A DNA stretch of 63,834 bases, counting the filler, from Collodictyon triciliatum (taxonomy: Eukaryota): the NCBI GenBank assembly GCA_043381765.1. It is 4 parts of 4 records of this genome, joined end to end, with 100 filler letters (N's around TTAATTAATTAA, not from the genome) between each part and the next. Parts side by side here need not be neighbours in the genome. Positions count along the whole stretch, not along the records: positions 31,683 to 44,783 come from JBHJMP010000382.1; positions 44,884 to 59,618 come from JBHJMP010000383.1; 2 more parts are not named here. One strand, written 5' to 3'. The notes beneath the pieces are model-generated. The model had not been told where the DNA came from, made no database searches, and saw only the letters and a program-made list of their open reading frames with translations. Within the stretch, counting starts at the first letter, position 1, and each line of letters begins with the position of its first letter. Positions 31,868-45,106 of this stretch are shown here, piece by piece. The position numbers were made by a program, and so were the translations under genes.

Positions 31868-34800
31868 GAAATATCGTGCTGGTATGTATAGTTTTCTAAA
31901 GCACCGTATCAACGATTTTATAAATACATGTCCAGCAATAAATGAAAATTAAATATAATCTTTAAAATTCTGCAGTAAAGAGATTTAGGGCAAAAACGGA
32001 TATGGGCCGGATTGGACCACTTTTTAGGAGATGGAAACTATACGTCCAATCAGTCTACTTTAATGAAACTTGGATTCTCCGTAAACACTTGACTAAGTTT
32101 AAGGTACATGTTCATGAAATCCTTTGTGGAAGTCCATTTCTTTAATCTGTCTCTCTACATACAGAGATTTGTGGAATATAGACGACAAAGGTCTAATAGA
32201 AAGCCAGGATACCCCTTTTTCAATACAGAAACCTTGACCAAGATATCCAGTATATACTTTTCGATTTATTGAAGTATACTTCTGTCGGCAAACTTTTAAT
32301 AGTTTGATGTTAAATTAGATGAAGATGCTCAAAAATATGTTCATCGACCGCTTGTTAGATTCTCCGACCGTCTGGTACATCAGAATAATGCACTCAATTA
32401 TATTTTCTCGCGTTTCATTGAAGCGCTATGGCATTGAGAGGTGATAATATAATTGCACATCAGGTCATCAAATTTCGAAAGAGAATTCGTACTCTCCAGG
32501 TTCTCTTTGTTTTCAGGCAATGGTTTTCCTTGTCGTTGGATAGAAAAAGGAAACTTCAAGGTTGAATACATCACCGTCCTTTCTTTTCCTTCTTTTTCTT
32601 TTTCTTTTTCTTTTTCTTTTTCTTTTTCTTTTTCTTTTTCTTTTTCTTTTTCTTTTTCTTTTTCTTTTTCTTTTTCTTTTTCTTTTTCTTTTTCTTTTCT
32701 TCAAAAATGAAAGAAATTGTATTTGTCAAAGGGTTCTAAAATTCCTAACGAAAAAAAAAAAAAAAAAGAGATGCGATCTTTCATCGATTCCTTAAGAGGC
32801 TCCAGGCTCAAAGAGTTTTGCAAGAAAATCATATGTATTTGGAACAGATATACAAAATATTTGGTGAGTTTTCGGAAGATTCAGTTGATTTCTAAAATCA
32901 TCCCACACACGAGAGGAAAACATTATCACTGTGGTTTTATTTACTAGGTTGCTAGGAGAGGCAGTCACCCACTCCCTCAATTCACGGGAGCGCACTATGA
33001 ACACTGGAGAGAATGGGAGATTCAATATGAACGTCGCAAGAATCTGAACGAAAGGGTCATAACAATATCAGACGATTAAATATATGTAAAAGAAAATATT
33101 AATAATTCTCAAAAAGGTTGCAGTTTGCAGAATAAAACTCTCACATTTTTCCCATATGATACCAGATTCGAACCAATGCTATGTATCAAAGAGTGAAGCG
33201 ACTATTTTCTAGGCTAAAGCTTTACTATTATATAAAGCAAAGAAAAGTGTTACGGTATCAATAGAATATAATCCTCTCTTCTCTTTTAGATGACGCATTA
33301 GTTTCGTGACCATAAATGAAAATGCATTTTCATGATTATAACTTAAAAAATGCACGCAGATTATTGCTTGCAAAAGATTTTTACTTGAACTCGCTGGTAT
33401 CGAATGGATTTTATTATCTGCACTATCGAGCTTTGGATAGGAGAGCCCATAAACATGTAACAGATAGAATTTTTTTCTTACCATTTTACTTCACATTATT
33501 TTAAATTACTTTAAAATGTATAATGGACGAAGTGGCTTCGGAAGTACCTTAAAAAATGGCAAATGGCTGGAAAGAGGCAGAAGCAGTACCACTTCATTCA
33601 TCATGAATTCATATGTACAGTAAAAAAAAAAAAATCAAATTTAATATGTATTAACATATTTTCTAACTGTTTCATATATTTACATTTTTCAAACTCGAAG
33701 GCAAAAGCGTGTTCTAGATGAAATTCGAAAAAGGTGATTGTTTGATGATTTTTTTCTGTAATTTATTGTTTTTATTTTAAGCTATCGCTAATGAGAATAA
33801 ATAGACAATCGCGCATACTTTTAAAGGCAGCTTTCCAGGTGTGGAAAAGATTTTGGTGCTACAAAAAAATGCTCTACGTTTACGGTAGCAAAACTATGCA
33901 TATTTTATTTTATAGTTGTAGTGACTAAACATGAAAGGACAAAAAAAAATGTTACTGGACTATTTTATCTAATGTGGGCTTTGAAAATTAATACAGAAAA
34001 TCATCAAATTATGGAACATTATTCACGAAGTCTCCGTTATGCCTTCATGATGAAGAACGATATGTCTGAGACTGTCTTTCTATCGTGCTGGAATGCCCTT
34101 GTCCGGCCTGCCAAGGTTCATTGTCTTAAACAATCGTAAAGCAAATATGTTTCATATAGTTACAAATTAATTGAATTGGAATGGTGTCATTTTTTATTTT
34201 TTTTTGCGTTTAATCTATGATATTTAGGGAAGGCTTCTGTTCGAATACTTCATATACTATCATGTCATGAGGCAGAGAAAGCAAAGATTGAGATATGGAT
34301 TTGAGGCTTTCCGAGCGAACTGGTTACAGAAAAAGTACACTAATACCTAAATTATCGAAGAGTTCACTTTTAACTAAAAAAAAAAAAAACACTGTTTCTT
34401 ACTATCATAAATAACTAGGAATCCTGAATTGCTTGAGCAACACCAACTGCCTCCTTATGAAACTTTTATTCGAGATATAGTCTTGAGCCAACACATGCAG
34501 CAAGTTCTGGATGACATTAAATCAGGTGAACGAGTTACTCTTTTTCTTATTTAGTATTACAATAGGAGACTCCATTATTTATTTTTTAAAAAAAGGTGTA
34601 TTTTTAGTTGAAATAAACCCCGGAAGATTAAAATTATACATTTGCACTTCTTTTTAATACACAAAATATGTCTCATCTTGATATCGTAGGAGAAATGGGC
34701 ATTTTGGAGAAAGATCAAGATGTGCTAAACCATATCCAATTACTCAACTTGAAGATGGCCGACACTAGTCGTAATTTTTCTTTCAAAGTTCTTAAACGTC

Positions 34801-37800
34801 TCAACAAATGGACTATTTGAATTTCGATTTTAATCCTTCAAGTGATGTAGACATTCTCAAGTTGAATCCACAGAGACGAAGACAATATTTTCGAAGGCAT
34901 ATGATTGCTGAGTGGATGAACAATAAAGGTTCTTTTGCTTGTATTTAACCATAACGAGTTCATATTGTTCCGAATCCATTCTTTTGAAAAATATACATGC
35001 AATTAACTTTTTTCTATTCCAAATTATGCAGATTATACTTTTTCCTTGAAAATTATGTTAATGTGCGCACAAAGGCTTAAGAAAATAAATTCCTGGAAAA
35101 CATCTCAGAATGGATTAAGTGAAAGTCAAGCTCATGATGCTAGAAGCTTGATAAAAGCATTGGTGAAAAGAAATATAATGAGCAAATTTGAACCATATTT
35201 TTGCATTTTCTTTTAAAAAAAAAAAAGTAATAAATGGTTCCCTATTAGAAAATCAACAACATTTTTGCCTTGAGGAATTACATAAAAGTAACCTTAGAAG
35301 AAAGAATAAGCAACAATAGAATTCGGTAAGGCAGCATATATGGTCTCGATAACATGCATACCCAACATACACATGTAGCATGCGTGCTTTACCAAAAAAA
35401 AAATTACATGGGTCTTCTCATAACTATATCTTTGTTTTTTTCTCTTTGCCTGTAGCCTGAACTACCGCATATCTCGAGATAATCATTTGATCCAAAAATA
35501 CATCATGCGCCAAGGACATGCAATATCCAGAAAAAATTAAATATTAACCTTGTGTCCCTTCTGTATTTATATGCGTATGGGGTAATGCTTTTTCCTTTAC
35601 CAAAAATCAAGCTGCAAGAAACAAGAAGAGAACGGCGTTCCGAATCAAGGTTCAAAGCTCATATTATCCTTTGAAATGAAGTAATGGAAATATTTGTTCT
35701 TAATTTGAAGCGCTTACTAACGTACTATTTTGAATCATTTGTGATTGAATAGGACAAAGTAGGTAAGTAAAATTTATCTTTGATTATACGTTGCAATTTC
35801 TTTAAAAAATATTGCTGTTGTTATCTCTCTTTTTAATTGTTTTATGATGCCTTGATGAGCATTATCTAACTCACGGTTTTTGGTCTCACAGAATATCCTA
35901 ATGAGGAAGGTGAAGAGGAAGATACTTCACCTGCTGACGAGGATAGTGACTCCGATGAGGACATTATTGCGAAGAAGTAAGTTTTTTTTAATTCTTCCTT
36001 TCTTTTTGCCAAGAAGTTTATTTTATTTTTAGTATTTTCACTTTGAATAAAATAAAGGAAAACTTTTGGTGTTTTTTTATAAATTTTAATACCGAATATT
36101 ACTAGAATACGGCTGAGAGAAAAGCTAAATCTGACCGTGAATAATGCGAAGCTTGAAATATTAGATTCAGAAGATTATTTCAATCTGTACCTAAATCATC
36201 ATGGTATCAAGATTAAATTTTCTTTTTTATTTTATTTTATTTTATTTTATTTTATTTTATTTTATTTTATTTTATTTTATTTTATTTTATTTTATTTTAT
36301 TTTATTTTATTTTATTTTATTTTATTTGGTAATTTTTTTATGATTTTCTAGAACCCCAAACAATCAATCTGTCAACTGTTCGGACTCTAGAGCCTCGAAA
36401 GAATGCCAGTGGACTGCAAATTGAGATGAATATTCACCCTCCAACATCGAGTGGGACACAATCTGTAACTGCTACCCCACTTCTGGGGAGTGCACAATCA
36501 CCTCTAACGTCTAGAAAGCCGAACTCCACGGTATCTATCATCCGGCCTGTGTCATCTTTGTATTTAAAGTCTCAGAAGTCAGGTGAGCTTATTTGAGATA
36601 GAGGAGGGTATGAAGAGGGTCGTGGAGTCTAATCTTCCTAAAATTTTCAGGTCTTTTTATTTTTAAAGGGGCTGGGCAGTCAACTAGCTCAATAAACGCT
36701 TCTGCTACAGATTCTATAAAAATAAATCCTGCTTGTGTTTCTGGTGCTGCTTCTAGTACTGCTCCAGCACCAACTACAACACTCGCAGCTCAAATCGCAA
36801 GAACAGAATCATCTCACTCATCCATATCGATGAACCCTATTCCCGAAAATCATCGAGAGATTCAGAAGAATACAGTTATTCGGAGAATGGGTTCGTATCT
36901 ATTTATGGTTTTCGAGCTGTTCTTGTCGGAATTTAAGTCAGTCATATATTAATGAGAGAAAAAATTAACACAAAACTTTCAACACGGTTTAGTCAAATCG
37001 TACCCTCCGTGTATATATCAACTTACATTCAAAGAATCGCTAGAGGGGGTGAAAGGCCATTTCTTTGAACGCCAAATCGAAAAATGCAGCAAATCAACTC
37101 TTGAATGTAATTCCAGTTCTATTTCACGTTATTTTATTATTATTTTTTTCTATGTTGATTTCTCATGATGTAAATCAATTATGGGAATTTAAGCATGTAT
37201 GTTTATGTTAGCTCGTTTGGGGGAGAGGTACAATCAAATCAAAGCGATTAACAGTAAAATTGCCATAATAAATGGTAGGTCTTTTTTTTTCTTTTTTCTT
37301 TTTTCTTTTTTCTTTTTTCTTTTTTCTTTTTTCTTTTTTCTTTTTGCTAATTTATGGTCTAATTTTTTTAATAAATAGAATGCATTTATTTGTTTGGTTA
37401 TTTTTGTTTATTTATTGGTTTTAATATCTCAAGGATTAGATTTAATCATTACTATATCATTCTTTTATATTTGTGCTCATATTAAAACACTCTATTTACT
37501 CAAATTGAAAATTTAAACAATACAGGCTCTTTCTTTGAAACAGCATCGTCGTCTGGCCAACAATATTATCATATGCCCAAACTAGTTCTTGTTGACGAGT
37601 TTTCAAGAGCGCTTAAAGGGTCTTCTCTAGATACAGTGGCATCCACAACCGACAAGCGCAGCAAAATATTTATGCAAAAGTATGAAAGAAAATACTTCCC
37701 TTATATACGAATTGTTATTTTAAGAAACGCCCTACTTTCTTTTCACACTCAGATACTCAAACACATACCGCAACGTTTTTGGGTTTAAAGATGACGATAG

Positions 37801-40800
37801 AAAGATCTACCGAAGGTTCTTATCATTTTATCGTATTTGGTATATATTTCTGTGTTTTTTTTAGGACTTTACCAGATCAAAGTATGAAAATAATACATTT
37901 CACTCGCTCATTTAAGAGAAATCCATCATTAATTTTAAATTCAACATAACAGGACTCAGCAAGAGATGAAAAAGAAATACTATGCGACGAATATGGGTGA
38001 TGACCCTGATGACCCCGCTTATTGGGTAATTTCATACATAGATGTCTTTGAAGTTCAAATGTCTTTATATAAGATCGAGAGCTTTGGTTCATAAACTAAA
38101 ATACATATTTTTAGAACATTCTCGAGAAGGCTGTGTCATCCGTTTCAATACCTTCGTCCACTCCTCAAACTCCCGGGATGAGACACCCTCGGCTGGGAGC
38201 ATCAAACATGGGCAAATCTGGTTCTCTTAGTGGTGGGATGAAACTGCAGAGAGGGTCGTCGTCAGTAAATCTCATACAGTCAGGACCGAAGCAGGACAGT
38301 TCCCCTTTAGCCCTCAAATCACAGACAATCCCAATTGATCTACCCCCTTCTGTTCCTGTGCAAGAGCCACCCGCACCAGCTTCGCCTTCGGTCCCGTCTC
38401 CCGCACCTGCCCAAAAACCTCTTCCTCCTTCTCGTCCGATGCTAGGCTCTCTCAAGAAAATGGAAACGTCGTCATTCCTTCAATTCCAATCATCGCAGTC
38501 ACAGGCAAGTGTTTAAATATCACTTGCTTTACTGTAGTAGCATTCCATCTATTTCGTTTTATGTATTATTATTGTTATTATTATTGTTATTATTATTGTT
38601 ATTATTATTGTTATTATTATTGTTATTATTATTGTTATTATTATTGTTATTATTATTGTTATTATTATTGTTATTATTATTGNNNNNNNNNNNNNNNNNN
38701 NNNNNNNNNNNNNNNNNNNNNNNNNNNNNNNNNNNNNNNNNNNNNNNNNNNNNNNNNNNNNNNNNNNNNNNNNNNNNNNNNNTTATTATTATTGTTATTA
38801 TTATTGTTATTATTATTGTTATTATTATTGTTATTATTATTGTTATTATTATTGTTATTATTATTGTTATTATTATTGTTAATTCTACAAAGGACCTTAG
38901 ATGCAGTCACCTTTGTCTATAATTGAACCTCCTGATTCTCCAACGTCTAGAGATCAGAACGGGAAAACGTATGGGCTCAATGTCCTTATCATGAATTAGT
39001 ATGAACCCCAATTTTTTTCCGAAAAAAAAGGGTTGCGGTTTCACTCATAATTTCAATAAATAAATAAAAACTAGTGATGCAGGACTGACCATCATCGGAA
39101 CCCCACAAATGTCATATGGCCTTACAGCTTCTTTTGATAAGGATGACGCAATCAGATCAGCATCTTTACAGCGAAAGGCTTCGATGGAAAGTATTTCAAG
39201 TGTTACCACCCGCAGCGAGTAAGCATATTCCTCTTTATTCTCATAGTTTGCCCAATTTTTCAATTTTGGTGTATACTTTATCAAATGAAATATCGAGTTT
39301 AAAAAAAAAGTCTTATTTTCTCACATTTACGGTGTTGTTTTTTTTCAAGAATTGGACCCAACCAGCTAAACATATTTTAATAACGAAAAAAATATAGGTT
39401 GCCTTCTCCTATTCTAGTGAGTTATATGGACATATACCAATTTATCCTCAAAACATTAATAACTGACATGCATCGTACGAATTGTACTTATGTTCTGTCT
39501 ATCTCAACTTCATTTTGTGTACAACTGTAGATGAGGCAACTTTCTTCAGTGGCAGACCTTTCCTTCAATTTATCAAATAATCCGTTCGGAAACCAATCTT
39601 TAGCTATTTCTGCTCAATCTGCTCTGAATCAACCCCAGCCTGCAAATGTCCCTGCGAAAGTGAATATCAGTCCCAACTCGAAACCCAGTCCCAGGTCCAG
39701 CCCGAAATCAAGCCCGAAATCAAGTCCTGGCACAAGTCCTACCTCAAGTGCTAATCCAAGCCCCAAGTCCAGTCCGCGCACAAGTCCAAACTCTATGATA
39801 ACTCGACAGAATGTAATTGCCCCGCCAAAACAAACATCCCCATCTTTCACAACTCCAACTCATACCCCGCTCGTGCGAGGCCAGTCATCAGTATCACTAA
39901 CCCCTGGGTTGTTAGCAAAGTCCCAAATGATATCAAACATGACACCCACAGCAGCTGGAAGAGCTCAACAGATGACTCCAAGCACCCAACTTGTCTCAGC
40001 TCCGTCAACACTGCAGCCTGGTATGTCCTCAAACTCTATGCTGGGTAAATCTCCTGCCTTGAACTCCACTTCAGTACCGGTATCCCTTCTCGGAAAATCC
40101 CCGGCCATGATGGCCACCCAAGGCTCCAATATTTTCAACTCACAAGGAACTCCCGGGGTTCTCTCAAAGCGACTATCATCCCCACTGATTGCCTCCACAT
40201 TAGCCATGGTTCCTGGTGTAGCCACCCCAAAAGATGGCATGAGCCCGTCTCCAAGCATGCAAAGGAGGCAATCGATGGAATTTGTCAGGAGGACTCCAAC
40301 TGTAAAAGGGATTTTCATGAAGGGTGACGAAATGGGACAATCTGCATCCCTTCTTGCATTACTTGGAAATCAGAAACCTTCCTTTTCAGAAACTCCACGA
40401 GGTTCTGATGACCAGACGTTATCAGGGAGGCACTCGTCTGAAACAGAAGACTCTGCTTCAAATAATACGTCTTGGGAAGACGACGACCAAGACGAAGAAA
40501 AACAAACAGATAAAATACGACCAAAAGACACTTTATTTGAAGACGACCACCACATACAGTCTTCAAAATCTGGCCGCAAGAAAAATGTGGTTCCTGGTTT
40601 GTTTCAAAAGAAGGCTCAAATGAAACGAAAAGAACATTTATTAAATAGTAATGCTGAAAAGGCCTTGAAAGAGAAGACGTACAAGATGGATTACAGCTAC
40701 GTTTACAGAAGAGCGGATGGACCTCAAATTATTGATGACCCCAAATCACTATACCAACTAGTTGTTCTAGGTTATCGAAACCCGTTTACAAATACTGTGA

Positions 40801-42806
40801 CACCAATTATTCCAGGTGTAGAGCCTGATTCGGAAGAGGCGCGACTATTGATACAAGATGCGGTGGAGAAGGGACTTATCTCCATAGCACAAAAACCCAA
40901 ACCAGAAGAAACTCTGACAAATAAAATAACCCAGATTTTGAATGAGGATGCCAGTACTAGCAGAAGCATGTCCTCCATGCGGTCGAGTAATCCTGTAAGG
41001 AGGATTCTTTTTGCATTCTTATGTAACCTTAAATTTTATTGAATTTTATTTTTTATATGATTAAGAATTCGAGGCCTGGAAGTGCAAGACCCTTTCACGA
41101 AATGGGCCAAAAATATCTTATTCCCATTAGCGAGAAAACTCAATCGATGAAGCCATCAAATTTTACGGATGATGTACTTTTTAATCCCCATGAATCCATC
41201 TTATTTGTTAATACCATAATATATGTACATATTTGGATAGAAAGGGAAATGTTATATATTTCTTTTCATTATCTTTTTGCAATCTTTTTTTGATTCTCTT
41301 TTGTTGTGTGATAATCAGTACGTGAATACTAAATAAATTGGCCGAAAGTTGTCCATGTCAAGAAAGACGTCAAACCTCCGTGATGAATCAAGAGCTTCTT
41401 CAGATATCCCTCTTCCTGAGGAAAACCAAACCGCTCTGGTGCGAAAAATGGAAATAAATCCAGTTGAAGAAAAGGACCAAGCTGCTATATTAGACCCTCA
41501 ACTACTATGTATTAATTTATTTCATGCCTCTTATTATGTTATTTCGTTCTCGTATTCAGCATTTTGTTTTCTTTTTAGATGGGAAATCCAGGCGAAGTCA
41601 CGAAGAGCATTTGTTTGTCAAGGAAGTTCAAAGCAAAAGTAAGGTGCCGGGAAAGCGCATAATAAAAAGTATTGCCTCGCGCAATACTTCTGTTAAGCCG
41701 AAAGTGGAAATATTGGACGTTGTACTTACAAATGCAATCACAAAAAAAGGTGGCTAGATGATATCAAGTTTATGTATACAATCCCTAATAACAAATTGCC
41801 CTTCATCTCTTCAATTACTTCAACTATGATATGTCCCTTATTTTAAACCTCAATAAAAGTTGGATGCATAAGGTTATATGGCTGTTACGCATATTTACAT
41901 AGCTAATAGTCTTTTACATACCTCGCATAAAAAATCATATAGATTTCCTTCAAAAAGCAAGCCGCTCAACCCAACCAGTTGCGCCCTATAGACAACTGTC
42001 TCCATTACAGAGAAAACCACAAACCCCTGAACCGATTAAAAGCCATGAGCTTTCTGAAGAATTAGATCGTAATAGAAAAAAAAATAATTACCTTTTCTAT
42101 CCCTTTGTATCAGTAGCTCATACTTAAATCTGGGATTTTTGTATATGTGACTATTTAATCAAACTCTCCAGTTTAGTGTGCTCATTCGTTTCTCGCATTA
42201 GTATCCATCGGCGTAGGTCATCCAAATTTACCCAGAGCACGCACAGCACCAGCCAACGCATCCAGGAAGGGGATAGCCCATCTCACAGGAATAAGGTGGG
42301 CCAATTATTTATTTATTTATTTATTTTACTGTCCTTGCTCGGCCAAGCTTTCAACCCCTCTTTTTTTGTTTGTTTTTTTTCTGTTTTTTTCGTTTTTTCG
42401 TTTTTTCGTTTTTTCGTTTTTTCGTTTTTTCGTTTTTTCGTTTTTTCGTTTTTTCGTTTTTCCGGTTTCTGTTGTTTTTTCCATTGTTTTTTGTTTTGCT
42501 TTGCTTTGCTTTGCTTTGCTTTGTTTTGTTTTGTTTTGTTTTGTTTTGTTTTGTTTTGTTTTGTTTTGTTTTGTTTTGTTTTGTTTTGTTTTGTTTTGTT
42601 TTTCTTTTCCTTCAGAAATAATCACAGGAAAAAAATTTACATTTAGTTCAATTTGAACCTGAATCCCTATACACACCTCTAGCAATATCTTACTCCCGGA
42701 TCGAAGGAAAGGTGCTGCCTCGACAACTCTTGAGTACTCCTTGGAAGGTTCTGGAATCATTTCGAATCAGCCCGAGTCCTTGGCTGCCTTTCCAAATGAA
42801 ATGTGA
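31868..42806 (+). CDS. Large multi-exon gene: N-terminal SFI1-like (centrin-binding-like) helical repeats, then a long Ser/Pro-rich low-complexity region; 5'-truncated
   Basis: Recurrent F/L-x2-W motifs in spliced exons (PLFRRWKLYV, FVFRQWFSL, IICIWNRYT, AKDFYLNSLVSNGFYYLHYR, YLKKWQ, AAFQVWKRF, VFLSCWNAL). Several junctions were checked in frame; last exon ends TGA at 42804-42806. It could be more than one gene. Confidence 0.6.
32591..32700. repeat. (TTTTTC)n intronic
   Basis: Directly visible. Confidence 0.95.
36225..36327. repeat. (TTTTA)n intronic
   Basis: Directly visible. Confidence 0.95.
38564..38880. repeat. (TTATTATTATTG)n intronic repeat spanning an N gap
   Basis: Directly visible. 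Confidence 0.95.
42385..42603. repeat. Compound (TTTTTTCG)n / (TTTGC)n / (TTTTG)n intronic repeat
   Basis: Directly visible. Confidence 0.9.
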
Positions 42807-43189
42807 CCTATTTTTCTTCTAGTCGATTAATAAATCTATGAGAGATTGCAATACCCATGCCTCCATGTCGTTCCCCCCTTGTTCGTTGTGTGATGCCAAC
42901 CCGCAAAAGGGAAAGAATGAATTAAAAAATAATTGACACAAAAGGAAATCACAGTGTAAAATCAAATACGGAAAATATAATATATCCTCGATTTTATTTT
43001 AAATAAACCTAAACAGCATTATTATAGCATATATTTAAATACCAGTAATATAATATGATAGATATGAGAAATATGGAAGACGGAAGGTTCCGGAATCTTC
43101 CTGTACATGCTATTATTTGCATACAACCATATCTGGCGGGAACAGAACGTTAATAAAACGCTATTTTCTGTGGTCTACAATAGAATCAC

Positions 43190-44783
43190 AGGTATATAGA
43201 TTTTGAAAATTCTCTCCCTTTCAACCATGAATACCAATTATTTGGAAGAACAATCGGAGACACTAGCAGCCCCAGCAAGTCGACATCATGGATCAACAGC
43301 GCGACCAACCAGGACGTGCGGCCGCCACAAAGACACGCTGACGAAAAACCACGCCACCTCCTCAGCAACCAATCACAGGACCACAACACCGGAGGCACTG
43401 AGATCGACTAAGGTTAACATCCACCTACATTGCCCCTTCGCTTCACTGCGGCCGCGGTCCTGAGCGTGTGTGATGAATACCGTTGCCTTCCTTCCGAATC
43501 AGTGGTTGCTTCCGCTTGAGGATACTTATGGATGTTCAAAGTCTGAATCCTCACCAGGCCGACCGCAACTCCACATCACCCCACGCAATTTATGTGCTTC
43601 TGCTTAAAAACCTCTATCACTGTAGTAGCCGCTCTGCCTTGCAGTAAAAACGAGCCTCGTGACTGATAGCACGCCTCAAGTAAGCCCTCCCTCGATTTGC
43701 CTTCCCCTTCACTCTCTTGGTTGATATGATGATAAATCCACGGTACCATAGCATTCGCAGTGCACTAACGACTAATCCATGGGTGCAAACAACTTCCTTG
43801 GATGTCTGAAGCAACTTTTCCACTCCCCTAATACCACAAACATTTCACAAGCCGTTCTAACCTTACCACCACAACAGATCACCAGCAGAGACAAAGAGCC
43901 CTACGCCACAGGTAAACCAAAAGCAAACTACCACTCTTACCTCATCCGGCGAAGATGAACCTTAATACCAATCTGTCAATCCTCTGTAATACACATTGAA
44001 GACAACTTGAAGTCAACTCCTGAGCCACCCAACCCTTCCCCGCCACCGCTCACACACTCACAAGAGACCCTAACCCCTTAAACTTTGACTTGTAGGCCGA
44101 GAGCTAGGCCCGCCAGACACACGCCAGGCCACACGCACGAGTAAGTCGCCCCGTCCCCGCCAACCTTGCCCCAACCACCGCTCCGACGATGAATCCACGC
44201 TTTTCAACATTCTGACACTTCTAGTCCGAACAATCTTGTCGATAAAGAACGTCCTGAGGACAACCCCACCCACCACCACCACTGCCACCACCCCCGAAGC
44301 TCCTCTCACCTGCACAACCGTAGCTGCCCTGCCGACCGAGTGGCGTCTCCGGAGTGTCTGCGGCGCCCCCTGTCTCGCGGCCAAGAACAGACACCAATAA
44401 AACCAGTGCCACGGCACAGACCATAACCACACCCTTGCGGAAACGCCGTCTGTCAAGCCAAACCCACCCCCTCGACAAGCGGACTAAACCGCCAGCGACA
44501 CGCAGCGAGAAAGTATGCTGCGCCTCGTCCGCCCACTTGCCGCCCTCGTCCGACAGAGCGCGCACACCCCCGCACGGCAGCCGTGGCAGGCGGCACTCCC
44601 GGCAGCGCTCACACGCAGACTCGCCCGTCCGACGGGGCTCCACGCTGCAGGCAACCCTTCCTGGATCTCCCTTCTTCGTTTTCTTGTTGTTCTTGTTGTT
44701 CTTGTTCTTCCCTGATCGGCCCTCTCTCGAGCCAGCAGGGGCGCTCTGGCCGGCACGCACATTCGCCTCTGCAGGCGCCGCAG
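43190..44783 (-). mobile_element. GC-rich island, possible decayed tyrosine-recombinase element (DIRS/Crypton-like)
   Basis: Sharp GC increase at a contig end with no intact long ORF. The minus strand gives RYSSHTLRTAAA (HxLR-like, ~43450-43485), IGIKVHLRRM and FIVGAVVGARL fragments interrupted by stops. Confidence 0.25.
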
Positions 44784-44883
44784 NNNNNNNNNNNNNNNNN
44801 NNNNNNNNNNNNNNNNNNNNNNNNNNNTTAATTAATTAANNNNNNNNNNNNNNNNNNNNNNNNNNNNNNNNNNNNNNNNNNNN
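44784..44883. other. Artificial contig spacer N44-TTAATTAATTAA-N44
   Basis: Same 100-nt spacer. Confidence 0.97.
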
Positions 44884-45106
44884 GTTCTATCGTTTGATGG
44901 AGTGGTGTGGCATGTGCGGTCGTCTTTTCTCTTCTTTTTTTTTTTTTCTTTTTCCATATTTCGGTTTAAAGTTATCTAGCTTTGATGCAGATCTTAAATA
45001 TATTAAATATATCATTCCATTAATTATGAACCATCTAATCATTGAATGCCACTTCCCGACCAGTTATGTTATAAAGCTGCCTTCAACTCCACTTCATTGA
45101 CTGTAG

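Noticed and set aside
44068..44076. CCCTAACCC telomere-like or telomerase-template-like motif
   Set aside because: A single 9-mer is expected by chance; no array or other support.
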